This document shows, one piece after another, positions 24,194 through 35,862 of a DNA stretch of 64,000 nt. Below the pieces are notes generated by a model. That model had not been told where the DNA came from and searched no databases. It was given only the letters and a program-made list of their open reading frames with translations. Origin of the DNA: Tetramitus jugosus (taxonomy: Eukaryota > Protista > Heterolobosea); the NCBI GenBank assembly GCA_937625935.1, contig OW569387.1:186001-250000 (forward strand). Reading direction: 5' to 3'. Position numbers and translations under genes: made by a program. Positions within the stretch are counted from its first letter, which is position 1, and each line of letters begins with the position of its first letter.

Positions 24194-26548
24194 TTATGCG
24201 TTCACAAGTATTTTGTTCAGTTCGTTCAAGTCTGTAACTGGAGCCTGACAAGCAAAGTTTTGACAGATGTAAACTGTGGGCTTGCCATTCTTTATGCTTG
24301 CCTCACTCAGATAGGGCATGTTGTCCTTGACGAATGTCATCACTTTGTCATCATCTAAATCAACATAAAATAGACTCTTGGAGGGGATGTGATGAGAGAA
24401 AATAGTCTTTTGGACATCAATCAATGCGCTTCGTCCTCCAATTTCGTTATTATATACAATGGCAATATGTTTACCGGGATTCAGTCGCTCGTCCAATGCA
24501 CAGAGCATCTGTGGAACTGCCACGGGCATCTCGTTTAACATCTCGTGCTCCGAAGTAAACAATTTATCTGCTTGTGCTAGAATTTGTGCAGCCTTGTTTG
24601 TCTGGTATTGGGATAAACGCAACAGATTCATTGCGGATATGCTGTTACCTGACGGCTCAGCTCCGTCGTAGTCCTCCTTCATCCTCAATAAAATGCTCGG
24701 ATCTTGGCCCGTCACTTCAAAATAACCTCCATTGTTCTGATCCAGAAACAATTCATCTTGTCTCTCCTGTAACTCCATTGCCCATTCCAACCACTCAATG
24801 TTCGCAGTGGCCTCATACAAGTCCAACAGTGCACTCACCATGTTACAATAATCCGACAAGAATCCATCAATTAAACCACTTGGAGCGTCACTGCTGCTAC
24901 TTTCCGTGCGTCTGTATGTTCTGTACAGTGTTTTCTTCTGGGCATTGTACAAGACATTCTTTATAAACCGAGCAGCTTGCTCTCCCAACTGTGCATACTT
25001 TTCCTCACTCAGTACCTGTGCTGCACGAGCCAATGCGGATATCATCAGAGCGTTCCAACTGACAATAATTTTATCATCGAGGTGAGGTCTTGGTCTCTTA
25101 CTTCTCTCTTTCATCAGAATGGATTTTGCTCGACCGAGAGCTTCTTCAATCTGTTGCTCACTCGTACCAAATTGCTCCGCAGCCTCCTCGATCGAACACC
25201 TCTGTATCAAAATGTTCAATCCTCGGAATTCACCATGAGGATCACTCCTTGGCTTCACATTACCATTCATCTCCACACCAAACACATGTTTGCACAAATC
25301 GAACAGTGATCCATTCTTCTTGGAAGTGGTCGATTCCTGCTCTGCACCAAACACTGCTTCATTGCTCAATAATTGTTTGAGCTCATTGTAAGACCAAGCA
25401 TAGAATGCTCCTTCTCTCTTCTTGTCCGAATCATGAGTCGGATAGCTATCGGCATCCTCTGCACTGTAGAAGGCAATCATATCTCGATTACTCTTGTCTT
25501 GTGTGGTTGGTGGCCTTGAGACCATCATATCTCTTGTCATGTACTCAATTACATTGCGTGCAATATTTGCAAAATAGTTCTTTTTTGAGACTTGATAGGC
25601 TTCTACGTAGCTGCATATCAACTGACCCTGATCATAGGTCATTTTCTCAAAATGAGGCACATGCCACTCCTTGTCCACCGAATATCGATGAAAACCGGAA
25701 CCCAACTGATCATACATGCCTCCTTGAGCCATTTTTTCCAGTGTAAACAAACAAGAGTGCAAAATGACTTCGGCAGTTTGCTTGGACAAACGATTCTTCT
25801 TGTCAACAGTGCTCAAATAGTGCATTCTGAACAAAAAGTTGAGAATGACGGGTCGAGGGAACTTTGGAGCATTTCCAAAACCACCAAACTTGCGGTCAAA
25901 GTCTTGTAAAAAGGAATCAATGGCCTGTTGGAATACATTATCATAGATGGTGTCCTTGTCTTGCAACCAACTCTCAGCAGCAGTCGATGCTGACGCACTT
26001 GTGCTGCCTCTACTGCTGGTAGACTTTAGAGCTTCAATAATTTTCTCACCAGACTTCTCCAGTTTAGCTCTATCATTCTTCCACATGGCTGAAATCTGAA
26101 GCAACAATTGGGGAAATCCAGGAGTCCCGCTGTACATGGTGTCATTTGGCGGGAAGTATGTGCCTCCGAAAAATGGCGCCAAATTGGGAGTGAGAAATAC
26201 ATTCAAAGGCCAACCGCCACCACCTGTAGTGGCCTGAACAAAGCTCATATAGACACGATCCACGTCGGGTCTTTCCTCTCGGTCAACCTTGATATTTACA
26301 AAATGCTTGTTCATCAATTGAGCTGTCTGTTCACTCTCGAACGACTCTCTCTCCATAACATGGCACCAGTGGCACGTGGAGTAACCAATGGACAGAAAAA
26401 TGGGCTTTTGTTCTGTTTTGGCCTTCTGGAATGCTTCTTGACCCCACGGCAACCAATCGACAGGATTATGTGCATGCTGGAGCAAATAGGGGCTTGTCTC
26501 ATGAATGAGAGCATTGGTAAACTTGTGTACTGCTCTCTGGTGTGCCAT
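24194..26548 (-). CDS. SPATA20: SPATA20/YyaL family (thioredoxin-like DUF255 plus six-hairpin glycosidase-like domain)
   Basis: [74 protein letters not shown]; first ATG at 26548. Confidence 0.93.
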   Translation of the reverse strand: MAHQRAVHKFTNALIHETSPYLLQHAHNPVDWLPWGQEAFQKAKTEQKPIFLSIGYSTCHWCHVMERESFESEQTAQLMNKHFVNIKVDREERPDVDRVYMSFVQATTGGGGWPLNVFLTPNLAPFFGGTYFPPNDTMYSGTPGFPQLLLQISAMWKNDRAKLEKSGEKIIEALKSTSSRGSTSASASTAAESWLQDKDTIYDNVFQQAIDSFLQDFDRKFGGFGNAPKFPRPVILNFLFRMHYLSTVDKKNRLSKQTAEVILHSCLFTLEKMAQGGMYDQLGSGFHRYSVDKEWHVPHFEKMTYDQGQLICSYVEAYQVSKKNYFANIARNVIEYMTRDMMVSRPPTTQDKSNRDMIAFYSAEDADSYPTHDSDKKREGAFYAWSYNELKQLLSNEAVFGAEQESTTSKKNGSLFDLCKHVFGVEMNGNVKPRSDPHGEFRGLNILIQRCSIEEAAEQFGTSEQQIEEALGRAKSILMKERSKRPRPHLDDKIIVSWNALMISALARAAQVLSEEKYAQLGEQAARFIKNVLYNAQKKTLYRTYRRTESSSSDAPSGLIDGFLSDYCNMVSALLDLYEATANIEWLEWAMELQERQDELFLDQNNGGYFEVTGQDPSILLRMKEDYDGAEPSGNSISAMNLLRLSQYQTNKAAQILAQADKLFTSEHEMLNEMPVAVPQMLCALDERLNPGKHIAIVYNNEIGGRSALIDVQKTIFSHHIPSKSLFYVDLDDDKVMTFVKDNMPYLSEASIKNGKPTVYICQNFACQAPVTDLNELNKILVNA

Positions 26549-26930
26549 CTTGGTTTTTTGTTTGGGTGAAAGGTATGTGGGGAATTTTTTGCTGTCCAAG
26601 TGAAGATCTTGCGAGATCGTTGGATCAAGACTTTGGACTGGAAATTTATTGCCACCCAAGCAAAGACCTCACTAGCTCATAAAAATAGCCATTTATTGTT
26701 TGTTCTTGTTGTTGACACCACACACAATTGACATTGTCTTACCTTTATTCGAACTGTGCGTGTTCACTACGCCGCGTGTGTGAGCTAGTTGTCACATTGT
26801 TGTGTCCAAGGAACACACACGTGCTGTTAAGATATCATTTTTTTAGTTGTTTTCAATTATTATTATTATAATTACTACTGTCATTCACTGAACACTCTAC
26901 ATTTCCATGCCACGTGATCAATATCGTCAT

Positions 26931-28748
26931 TTACAGCACTGTAGCATCCTGTGGATCAGATGTCGATAATGGTCGACCGACTTGTTGATCCACACTCAAA
27001 GTGTTCATCGCATTTGACAAGTCATCCACAGACGCTGTTGTTGTCGTCGTATTGGCAGCAGGCGGCGTGCTCGTTGATATCGTTGGATTCGTAGAAGTGA
27101 CAGCAGCAGCAGCAGGCTCCTCTGGTTTCTCCATCTTTTCAATCTCGCTAATCAACAATGCCTTCTCCTCCATGAATTGATCATCTGTAGAGTCCTTATT
27201 GAACTTGTTGAGATATTTGACCAATTTTACCTTGTTCATAAACAAAATCTTCTTGACTTCGGCGCCCTTGTGCGGATTGGCAACAAAAATCTTAAATACA
27301 TGGAAAGCTTCAAACTGTATATTCTTGTGCTTGTCCAACAACAAGTTCATAATCAGCTTCAAGTTATCCGTGTTGTTAATGAATCGTTTCATGATTTTGA
27401 AATTGGATCGATCCAACAAAATCTCTCCCAACAACTATATTGTTTGTTGTAATCAAAAAGTACACACATGTTAGCTCTCACACATTTCTCACATCAATCA
27501 ACCAATAAACGACTCACGATGAAATGTCACAAAAAATAAAAACTCAATACAATAAAAAACAACAATAAAAAAACGTGCCTTCAACGATTGTCTTCTTGTC
27601 ACATATTTTGAACTGAGAAGTGATCGATACTTGTCAATAAACACATCGTAATTCGAATCCAAGAATTCTGCGACCAATGTCTTGTGTCTGCTCAACAATT
27701 CTCTAAACGTGAGAAATGCGTCACTCGCCACATCAAAATTTGGCAAATCGACATAGACGAACAAATCAAAAAAGTCTTGTTCGCTGCTCAGCATTTTCCT
27801 TGCCAAAATTTCATGTTTGATGCACTCTCTGAGCATATTTCCACTCAGAATCGATGTGTCCTTTTCATAACCGTGCAATAAAATGTATAGAATCTGCGGA
27901 TTACTACAAATGTAGTCCACCTGTTACCACCCATATCATCATATTTTTTGCTGTTAGCTAACAGAGCTTTCATTCAACAACAACAACAACAACAACAGAA
28001 AAAAATGTGTCGTTCGTAGCTCACAATCACAAAAAGCTCACACCAACCAACGAACCAACGAACAAAATAAAAAAAACAACAGACAATCAATAAAAAAACA
28101 TACCGTCGTATATCGACCATTCATTTGCAACTTGATCAAATTATTAAACACTTGCATCGCATCTCTTCTCGCCTCAAACTCCATAAACTCCAAATGACTC
28201 ACCAGAAACAATAAAAAATGAGTAGAATACACTTCTTTTGCCACATCTTGAACATCATTCTTCTTTGGTTCATTTTCACCATCACCGTACAAGACTTGTT
28301 TCAACGAAACAAAATTTCGACTCAATTCCTCAATTGCCTTATTCAACTTGGCCAAACTTGAACTACTCAAATTGGCCAATGGATTCGGTGTATTGTTACT
28401 CGTCGTCGATGGTGATAAACTATTCTCGTTCAATGCAGATTGATTGGTCGATTCAACAGTTGGTGTTACACTAGGTGAAGAATTATTACTACTGTTATTA
28501 CTATTATTACTATTACTGTTACTATTGTTCATTTCATTTTGCAAGTGAAGAGGCAAGTGATGACGTGGATGATTGGCTGATGATTCAACAGTAGGTGTGC
28601 CAGAGCTCGTTGGTGTCGATGCACTCACAGAGCTACTGCTGTTACCAGTGTTGCGAATCGCTTGAATCACTTTGAATTGGTCAACTGAAGAGTGAACGAG
28701 ATCTTTTGGTGATTTTTTACCAAAGATCAGGTTGTTTAATCGGATCAT
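26931..28748 (-). CDS. CAB39: Mo25/CAB39 kinase scaffold; exons 28748-28104, 27920-27579, 27434-26931 (~496 aa)
   Basis: FEARRDAMQVFNNL, GNMLRECIKHE, NFDVASDAFLTF, YVTRRQSLK|LLGEILLDRSN, IQFEAFHVFKIFVANP; intron 1 GT-AG, intron 2 GC-AG. Confidence 0.93.
27975..27995. repeat. (CAA)7 microsatellite in Mo25 intron 1
   Basis: Seven tandem CAA units read directly. Confidence 0.8.
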
Positions 28749-29083
28749 TCACACAGATATGTATCAAGTTGGTTGTTGGTGGGTTGTTGTTGTTGTTTTT
28801 TTGGTTGTGATTGTTGTTGTTTTTTTTTTTGGTTGTTTTTGTGTGCTGTTGCTGTAATTGTTCACTGTGGGGAGAACAGCAGGTGAAAAAAAAAATGATT
28901 TTTGGTGTTGGGACGATCGATTTGGGGTGTGGTTGGTTTTTTTACAGAAGGAGCATTGGGGGTGGAACTCGGTGTTTTTTTGCGAGCAGAGAGCGGAGAA
29001 TTGTGACGACGGTCGTACATCAATCATCTCTTCGTCTGTCTTTTGACTTGCTGTCAGTCAGGAAATTGATGACAGAAGATTGT

Positions 29084-29359
29084 TTAGACCATGGAGGCTG
29101 GTCGTGGTTGAGTAATGTATGTAGTTTCCTTAACTACAGGAGAGGGTGAGGACTTGAGTGCGATGACGAACAAGGCATGTATCACGGCACCTAACCAGAA
29201 AGTGAATATGAAAAGCAGAATGTTGATGCAGAGATTGATACCACATCCATCGACAAGGGCCACAGCAATAGGTGGGAAGATGATGGCCAGAATTGCCAGA
29301 CAGCAAATTTCTGCTGGATTGCTCAATCGAGGTTCTTCAACGATGGTCACTTGTTGCAT
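29084..29359 (-). CDS. Pmp3/UPF0057 (RCI2/YqaE-like) small membrane proteolipid
   Basis: ILAIIFPPIAVALVDGCGINLCINILLFIFTFWLGAVIHALFVI is the Pmp3 signature; ATG at 29359. Confidence 0.9.
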   Translation of the reverse strand: MQQVTIVEEPRLSNPAEICCLAILAIIFPPIAVALVDGCGINLCINILLFIFTFWLGAVIHALFVIALKSSPSPVVKETTYITQPRPASMV

Positions 29360-30050
29360 TGTTGTTTCTGATGGAAGTGTATAGATTGTCAAGTAATCTC
29401 TTAATTGTTTTTCAATTGTTTGTTGTTGATGTGTTCTTTGCTGTGGAGTTGATCTAGTTGTTGTATCACTTTAGTCAACCTGATTTCCCTCTCGAGTTAT
29501 TAATGGTTCCGAAAACGAGGACAATTTTTATTAGACTGGTCAATTCGACTGTGCAACTTCTCAGCAACATTGTTTCATTAATTCAGGTAATAGGTGGATG
29601 CATGGGATTGAATTCAGCTGGATACAACATCCGAATGGTCTGACCGGGATGTATTTTTCAAGTTTTGGATTCAACATCCTGCTGATCGGACTTCCCTGTC
29701 ATTACAAAGAACATTGTTTCCCTTTTTGTCGAGTCAGATCAAACCGTTGTAGATGTTGATCGACTCATTGTAAAATACACAGGATTCGATCAACAACGGT
29801 AGTTGGTGTTGAATCTTGAAAGCTTGAGGAGATCCCGGATCGCTGGACGACCATCAAATAAGTGTCTCACATAAGAAACACAGTGACAAGGTAAACAATT
29901 GTATCCAGAATACAGACAAGATCGATCACACAACAAAAGGACTTCAAATAACACACTCACACAGATCACCCTTCTTGATACCATCATCGTACCTATCAAC
30001 CAAAACATCAACCTTTTTACAAACAAATCTAGTGCACACACGAAACAAGA

Positions 30051-30998
30051 ATGAGAAGCACAACTAGAAACAAGTTATATCTCGCAGTCCAACTCGCACT
30101 CTACTCCATTGTACTGTTGTTGCTTGTCGGAGCACCCCAAGCAAGTCACGCCTGGTCCCCTGACGAAGAAGAAAGATTTCTGCTCTTGAAGCAATTACTC
30201 GGCATGAAAAAGGTCAATTCGGCCAATAGCGCATTTAATCCGGAAACAGAGTGGTGGCATCCTGGTGCCAAGGGCAAAGAAACTTTTCATTATCCTGGAG
30301 AACTATCAAGAGGAGCCGAAGATTTTGGTGTTTCCACATCAGGAGATGAAACAACACGTTTCTTAGGTATAATGCAAAAGAATTACCAACGTTACACAGA
30401 GGGAGGAGGAGGTGAAGGCATCACAGAGGGCGGTTTCTTGTTCCCTGGACAGAGAAGAGCATCTGAGCAACAGCAACAGTTCCAACAAGGTGGTGATGGC
30501 ACTGACCAAACCAGTCTCTATGCAGCCATTCAAAGAAGCAAGTACGCTCAGGGAGGTTACTATGGAGGAGGTAAAGATGATGACTCTGTCGTGTTTGCTG
30601 CACTTCAACAACAAAACTATCAGCCATACACTCAAGGTGGCGGCGGCAATCTGAGACAAGGAGAAATATACACCATGCCTGACTCTGAGATTGAACAGTT
30701 AGTGAACCAGGGATTCGTTAACGTGGCTTCTCAACAGCAACAACAGGATCAAAGCTCTCAATACTTGGGCAGCATGTTGAAAAATTATAGTCCTTACAAC
30801 AAGAACTCCTTCTCTTCTTCCTCTTCCACTTTCCGATTGCCAGGCGGTGGTAGTGGAGCACAAGCCGTATTAGACAATCAAAATGACAACACCAGTGGAG
30901 GACTACTCGAACAAACAAGTGACTATCTGAGATCGATGAAGCAGAGCTTTGGAAGATATATCAACCAAGAGTCTCAATTCCATTTACCAGGTCAATAA
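30051..30998 (+). CDS. Secreted Cys-free G/Q/Y-rich repeat protein, unknown function
   Basis: Signal peptide ending SHA-W; 5-6 imperfect internal repeats. Confidence 0.8.
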   Translation: MRSTTRNKLYLAVQLALYSIVLLLLVGAPQASHAWSPDEEERFLLLKQLLGMKKVNSANSAFNPETEWWHPGAKGKETFHYPGELSRGAEDFGVSTSGDETTRFLGIMQKNYQRYTEGGGGEGITEGGFLFPGQRRASEQQQQFQQGGDGTDQTSLYAAIQRSKYAQGGYYGGGKDDDSVVFAALQQQNYQPYTQGGGGNLRQGEIYTMPDSEIEQLVNQGFVNVASQQQQQDQSSQYLGSMLKNYSPYNKNSFSSSSSTFRLPGGGSGAQAVLDNQNDNTSGGLLEQTSDYLRSMKQSFGRYINQESQFHLPGQ

Positions 30999-31130
30999 CA
31001 ACAAGAGAAGGCTGTCTCATATATCATATGATGAGTTCACAAAACTCCATAACTCATGATTCATGGCCAACTTAACTTGTCAATAAATTTGTATCCATAC
31101 TTTCCTGTCGTCGTTAATCGTAGTTGCCGC

Positions 31131-31152
31131 TTTTCCGCGCCAAAATTTTTGA
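31131..31152 (+). promoter_or_regulatory. E2F-like site upstream of SOSS-B gene
   Basis: TTTTCCGCGCCAAAA followed by TTTTTGA, ~75 nt before the ATG at 31217. Confidence 0.4.
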
Positions 31153-31216
31153 TCAACACAAAAAAAAGAGAACACCACAAAACCACCTCATCACATAGCA
31201 ACCAATCACAACAACC

Positions 31217-31681
31217 ATGCAAATGACAAAGATCACGGACATGAGATCCTTCATGAGTGATATTAACACCACATTCATCGTTCTTGAAAAACTTCAAAAC
31301 AATCAAGGTGCCACGACACAGTACTTGGTTGCTGATGAAACAGCAGCCATTCATTTGCATATTTGGGAGGGTGATTTTGCAAAAATGACGGGTAACGCAG
31401 CTGCTGCCTCTACGTCGCCAACAGATCTCAATGACATGAGCAAACAAGCATCACTTAAAAAAGGTGTCGAAAGTTCAATGTTGTTGAACCCTGGTGACAT
31501 TTGTAGGATCATTGGGGGAAAGTGCACTGTTTTCAAGAGTAGTCTCGGTTTGTATATCGGTAAGGGATCACTGGAGAGAATCAATGATTTTTGCATGATT
31601 TTCAATGAAAACAAAAATATGAGTCAAATTGAGTTCAATGCACAAAATCAACAACAACAGCAGCAGCAACAAGTGAGATAG
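31217..31681 (+). CDS. NABP: SOSS complex subunit B / NABP (hSSB1-like) OB-fold ssDNA-binding protein
   Basis: FIVLEK, LVADETAAIHLHIW, LNPGDICRI, LGLYIGKGSLERINDFCMIFNENKNMS. Confidence 0.9.
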   Translation: MQMTKITDMRSFMSDINTTFIVLEKLQNNQGATTQYLVADETAAIHLHIWEGDFAKMTGNAAAASTSPTDLNDMSKQASLKKGVESSMLLNPGDICRIIGGKCTVFKSSLGLYIGKGSLERINDFCMIFNENKNMSQIEFNAQNQQQQQQQQVR

Positions 31682-31707
31682 AGTACGTACAATGATGTTG
31701 ATATGTT

Positions 31708-34352
31708 TTATGTTGGTGATGATGGTGTTGTTGTTGTTGTTTGATGAATGATATCTCTTCGGAGCAAGTGATAGAAGGGTAAAAGGCAGTTGTTGAATGG
31801 TGATGATCTGAATCCTCGTCTCATGGCACTCAAATGGTTACTGTATCGATGTATGAGTAAATGATGCATCATTTGATTCATGTATTGCATCATGTTGTGT
31901 CTCGTTACCACACCTAGTTGTTGTTGAAGATCACTGTTGTTGTTATTAGTGTGGTTCGTCGTTGTTGGGAATCGAAGACGCATCAATTCCAAGTCACTCT
32001 GTTTTGTGAGAGCTTTGAGTTCTTGTGCTTCACTGGGGAACACCATTTCGAGGTCAGAAAACTGTATGATCGATTCCAACTCTTCCTCTCTGCACAATAA
32101 ATACTTCCAGACATGGGGAGCCAACAGTGGAAATTGCCATGTTATTTTTTCTTGTTCGTAGATTGACTTTGCCAATAGTCTGCCCAGTCCTTCGTACTGC
32201 ACAATCAATATGTTGTTGTTCTCACCAGTTGAGAAATCAGGCAATGGAATCGTGAACCCGCACGATGAGTGAGATTTGACGAGTAAGTTTGCATTTTGGA
32301 TGACACGGTTGAATATCAACTGGAACCAACCTTGAGGAACAGCCCATGGCTGCAGCATCGTGTCCATTTTCGGTAGTTGAAGCAGTAGTGATTCATAGTC
32401 GTGGGAATTGATTGTGATGGGTGTTTGGTTAGATTTGATCTGTCGTAGATAGAGTCCCATGGCTTCCAACGTGTCTGGTGATAATGTTGCAGTTTCCGTG
32501 CTCTGAGAACTGTTGGCTTCTGTATGATGATTAGGACAGCACAAATAAGTTTGAACTTGCTCCTTCAGTGTAGAGTATTCGCGAGAGACAGATTCCAGCT
32601 CTTCCGTCTTCTTTTTCAAGGCAATTTCTTGTTCTTCCTTGTTGACAATGTTCTCCTCTGTTTCCATGTCAATATCGAGCAGTTCAATCTCACTCTTCAA
32701 TCTCCTGATATGTCTCTCAAGATGAAAGAATCGATCCAAAGTTTCCTTCATCTGATCATTCTGTGTGCTCATGTGCATGGTAAGCTTGTGCATATTTGTG
32801 AACCGTACTTCATCAGTAGCAATACGCTGATCGAGTAGTGACGCAGTTGATATTAGCATTGAAGCACCCTGTTTTGCTTGTTCATTTCTTGAATGTTGCA
32901 GCACATATTGTGCCTCGTCGAGCAATTGTTTATAAACCATTGCTTCGTTGAGTGTAGCCTGAAGTTGTGCTTCATAGCTCTTCCTCGCTCTGGCAATATC
33001 AGGCAGCACATCTTCAATGAGTTGATTGTTCACGCTATTTCGGGTACTTGATTCGTGTACAAAATCACGATAGGCGGTTGTATATTCCCTCCATCTTGTC
33101 ACATTCGGTTTCCAATCAGAGCACGATTTCAAAATTGAACTAATGAGATGATCAATCTGCGAGAGAACATTGTTGCGTTGATCCATGAGCTGATATCGAA
33201 GAGTAGTTGTCTTGCAACGGAATATCTTGGATGCCATTTCTAATTGTTCGTCCCACAACTCTTTCACAAGAGAGAATTGCTTGTTGTTCTCTTGAATACA
33301 ATCGTTCAATTCCTTCTCAACTGTCGGTTTCGTTTTTGCAAAATATACGGCATTCATTACGTCGTGATGCTCAAGATTGGCGATTGCTGCTCCGTCCAAC
33401 ATTAGTTGACCAAGCAACACTGATGCAATGGATGGTGTTTGCTTTGACGAAGATGTCACATGGAAACTAGGAGGAGCTTGTTGTTTTGCTTGATCCAATT
33501 GCTCAGTTAACATTTGAATCTGTTTCTGTTTCTCCTGCAACTGAAACGTATGGATGTGTGTCATTTGTTGAATTTGACCCTTGAGTTCTTCAATATCACT
33601 TCTCGCATTCAAGAGCTCCTCTTCAGCCTGTCGTGCAGTCATTTGTGACTCACCAAGATTTGTCTGCTGCAACAGCACATTGGTCATCTGATTAATGAAT
33701 TGTTGAGCACCTTGTGTTGATTTGTTGTTACTCTTGTTAATTTGGCTTGTTTCTTGCATGATATTCGTCACTTGTTCTGCAGAGTGAGCCTTGGACTCGA
33801 AAGAGTTGATCATTTCTCTGACATCGTCCGTACAGGCCAAATCTGCTGCTGTTTTACCACTCTAGAGAGGTAGTTGATGAAAAACAACATCATACAGGAG
33901 TGAGCAAAGAATTGTTTCTTACTATCCATCCATCACAATCAATGATCGAATAGAATCATTGTAAACCATTCTTTGATCAAAGAATGAAGGAACAACATAC
34001 CGATGTTTTAAGCGTTTTATCCGCACCCCTCTTCAATAATTCCATTGTAAGCTCCTTGAAGCCATTGTAAGCTGCTCGATGTAAAGGAGTTCGTTGATTT
34101 CCCCACTTTTTACAATAAAACACAAAAAGTAAGTCGTGATCCTCGAAGATAACTTTGTAACTGACCAAAGACAATTTGCAATAACTTTGCAAAATACAGT
34201 GCAACAAAAAGATCCAAGTGTGAAAAACAAACCTTTCGATCATCAACCACGTTGATATTGACATTTTCGTGATTCAACATGTGAATCACTTTGTCGAGCT
34301 TATTATCCATGCATGCCTCCATAAATTCAACATCTTTTGATGATATGACCAT
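31708..34352 (-). CDS. Ankyrin repeat + coiled-coil + truncated HECT-like protein; exons 34352-34233, 34105-34001, 33861-31708 (~792 aa)
   Basis: Phase-0 GT-AG introns join VNINVVDDRK|WGNQRTPLHRAAYNGFKELTMELLKRGADKTLKTS|SGKTAADLA (ankyrin); YEGLGRLLAKSIY...VWKYLL...FSDLE...AMRRGF resembles the HECT N-lobe. Confidence 0.75.
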
Positions 34353-34366
34353 CTTCTTTGTGTTTT

Positions 34367-34378
34367 TTTGGCGCGAAA
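34367..34378 (-). promoter_or_regulatory. E2F-like site upstream of ANK/HECT-like gene
   Basis: TTTCGCGCCAAA on the minus strand, 15-26 nt before the ATG. Confidence 0.4.
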
Positions 34379-34541
34379 TGTTTTCTGAGCTTTGATGCCC
34401 AAAATATACATCGATCAGTTGAGACAAATGCACCGAATTGGCACTTAATGTCTCATCTTCCCAAGAAGCCACAATAAAAGCTTTGGGATTCATTTTGGTG
34501 GTAACATGTTTTAAAAGAGAAGCGTATGTATTAAACATTGT

Positions 34542-35381
34542 TTAGAATGAATGAATTTTTCTCTGATAGTAGTGCTTGCCACTCTGAATGCCTTCCTTAG
34601 CTGCAATCAACCAGAGCATAGTGTCGACACCCTGGTCCACAGGCAATGCACCCATCTTTCCCTTTAGCTCCGCAATTTCACTATTGTTATGCTCTGAGAA
34701 CAATGTTTCTTTACCGAGTCCTGTTGCAACAAAGCCAGGATTTAGTGATACGACCCGATTCAAGTACTTTGATGGATCATTGCCACGTGTTTGAAGTGCC
34801 ATCTTGTTATTGTCAACATAGAGCTGATGTAATCCAACCATTAACCCATTCTCAGCTGCTTTTGAAGCTCTGTAACTGAGCAATCCATATCCGTCTTCTG
34901 GCTCTTCTAACCAACTGGCAGAACTGCTCACAAACACAACAGTTCTCTCAAAATTTGCATTCGGAGAAGCAAACAACAATGGTAATGCATACTTTGTAAA
35001 AAAGTGATATCCTTCCACGTTCACACGATAAGTCTCCTCATCCAACTCGTCTGATATCGTTTCTTGTCCAAATCCAGGCATAATCGATGCATTGTTCACC
35101 AGTACATCAACATGTGAATACTTTAGTGAAAATTGTTCAAAGAATGACTTGATAGAGCTTCTGTCTCCTTGATTACATGCAATACCCGTAATGTTTTGAT
35201 TGTTTGACTGCTGTTTCAAACGTTGCACAGTTTCATCCAACGGTTGTTGACTTCTGGCTGTCAAGACCAATGTGGCTTGTCGTTCAGCGAGACTAAGAGC
35301 AAGTTGTGCTCCTAAACCTCTTGAGGCTCCTGTAACGATGATGATTTTACCTTGGAGAGATCGTTCTTCAAATGATTGCAT
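34542..35381 (-). CDS. Short-chain dehydrogenase/reductase (classical SDR)
   Basis: TGASRGLG Rossmann motif, DVLVNNAS, VFVSS, YRASK catalytic motif, NPGFVAT. Confidence 0.93.
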   Translation of the reverse strand: MQSFEERSLQGKIIIVTGASRGLGAQLALSLAERQATLVLTARSQQPLDETVQRLKQQSNNQNITGIACNQGDRSSIKSFFEQFSLKYSHVDVLVNNASIMPGFGQETISDELDEETYRVNVEGYHFFTKYALPLLFASPNANFERTVVFVSSSASWLEEPEDGYGLLSYRASKAAENGLMVGLHQLYVDNNKMALQTRGNDPSKYLNRVVSLNPGFVATGLGKETLFSEHNNSEIAELKGKMGALPVDQGVDTMLWLIAAKEGIQSGKHYYQRKIHSF

Positions 35382-35862
35382 TGTATTACTTTGTTTTGTT
35401 GTGAGTGTATGTTTTGGTTTTTGGGAGTCATTTAGCTCGGTATTTATATGTGTCCTTTGCGCGTTTTTTGCGCCCCATCAGGTACCAGCGCAAAACTCCT
35501 AAATCTCGCGGCTGTAGTGTGACCGTTCCCGGCTTGAGATCATTTGGTCTCTTTACCATAAATGAATTTTTCCATTTTGTAGTTTCCAAACTACAAATAC
35601 GATATTCAGGTTGATTGTCCTATGAAAATTTCCCTTGAAGCCAGTATCATCAATGAGCACTCTCAGTACTTCAAGATCAGTTATTTTTTCCGAGCGCTTG
35701 GACAGTTGTTATGATATCATAACTGCTGGAGCTCTTTTATTCCTCCAACGATTCATTCAAAAAGATACGAGTTCCGCGATTTTGTTCAATGAAACAAACT
35801 CCATGATTCTTCACAACAACCAACAACATCCCAGCAAACAAACAGAACTCAAACCAAAAAAC

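Noticed and set aside
27951-27964. 14-bp palindrome CTGTTAGCTAACAG
   Set aside because: Overlaps the CTAAC branch site of Mo25 intron 1; a few such palindromes are expected by chance in 64 kb
29600-29682. Imperfect long hairpin between Pmp3 and the secreted repeat gene
   Set aside because: Depends on many G.U pairs and bulges; no ncRNA motif recognised
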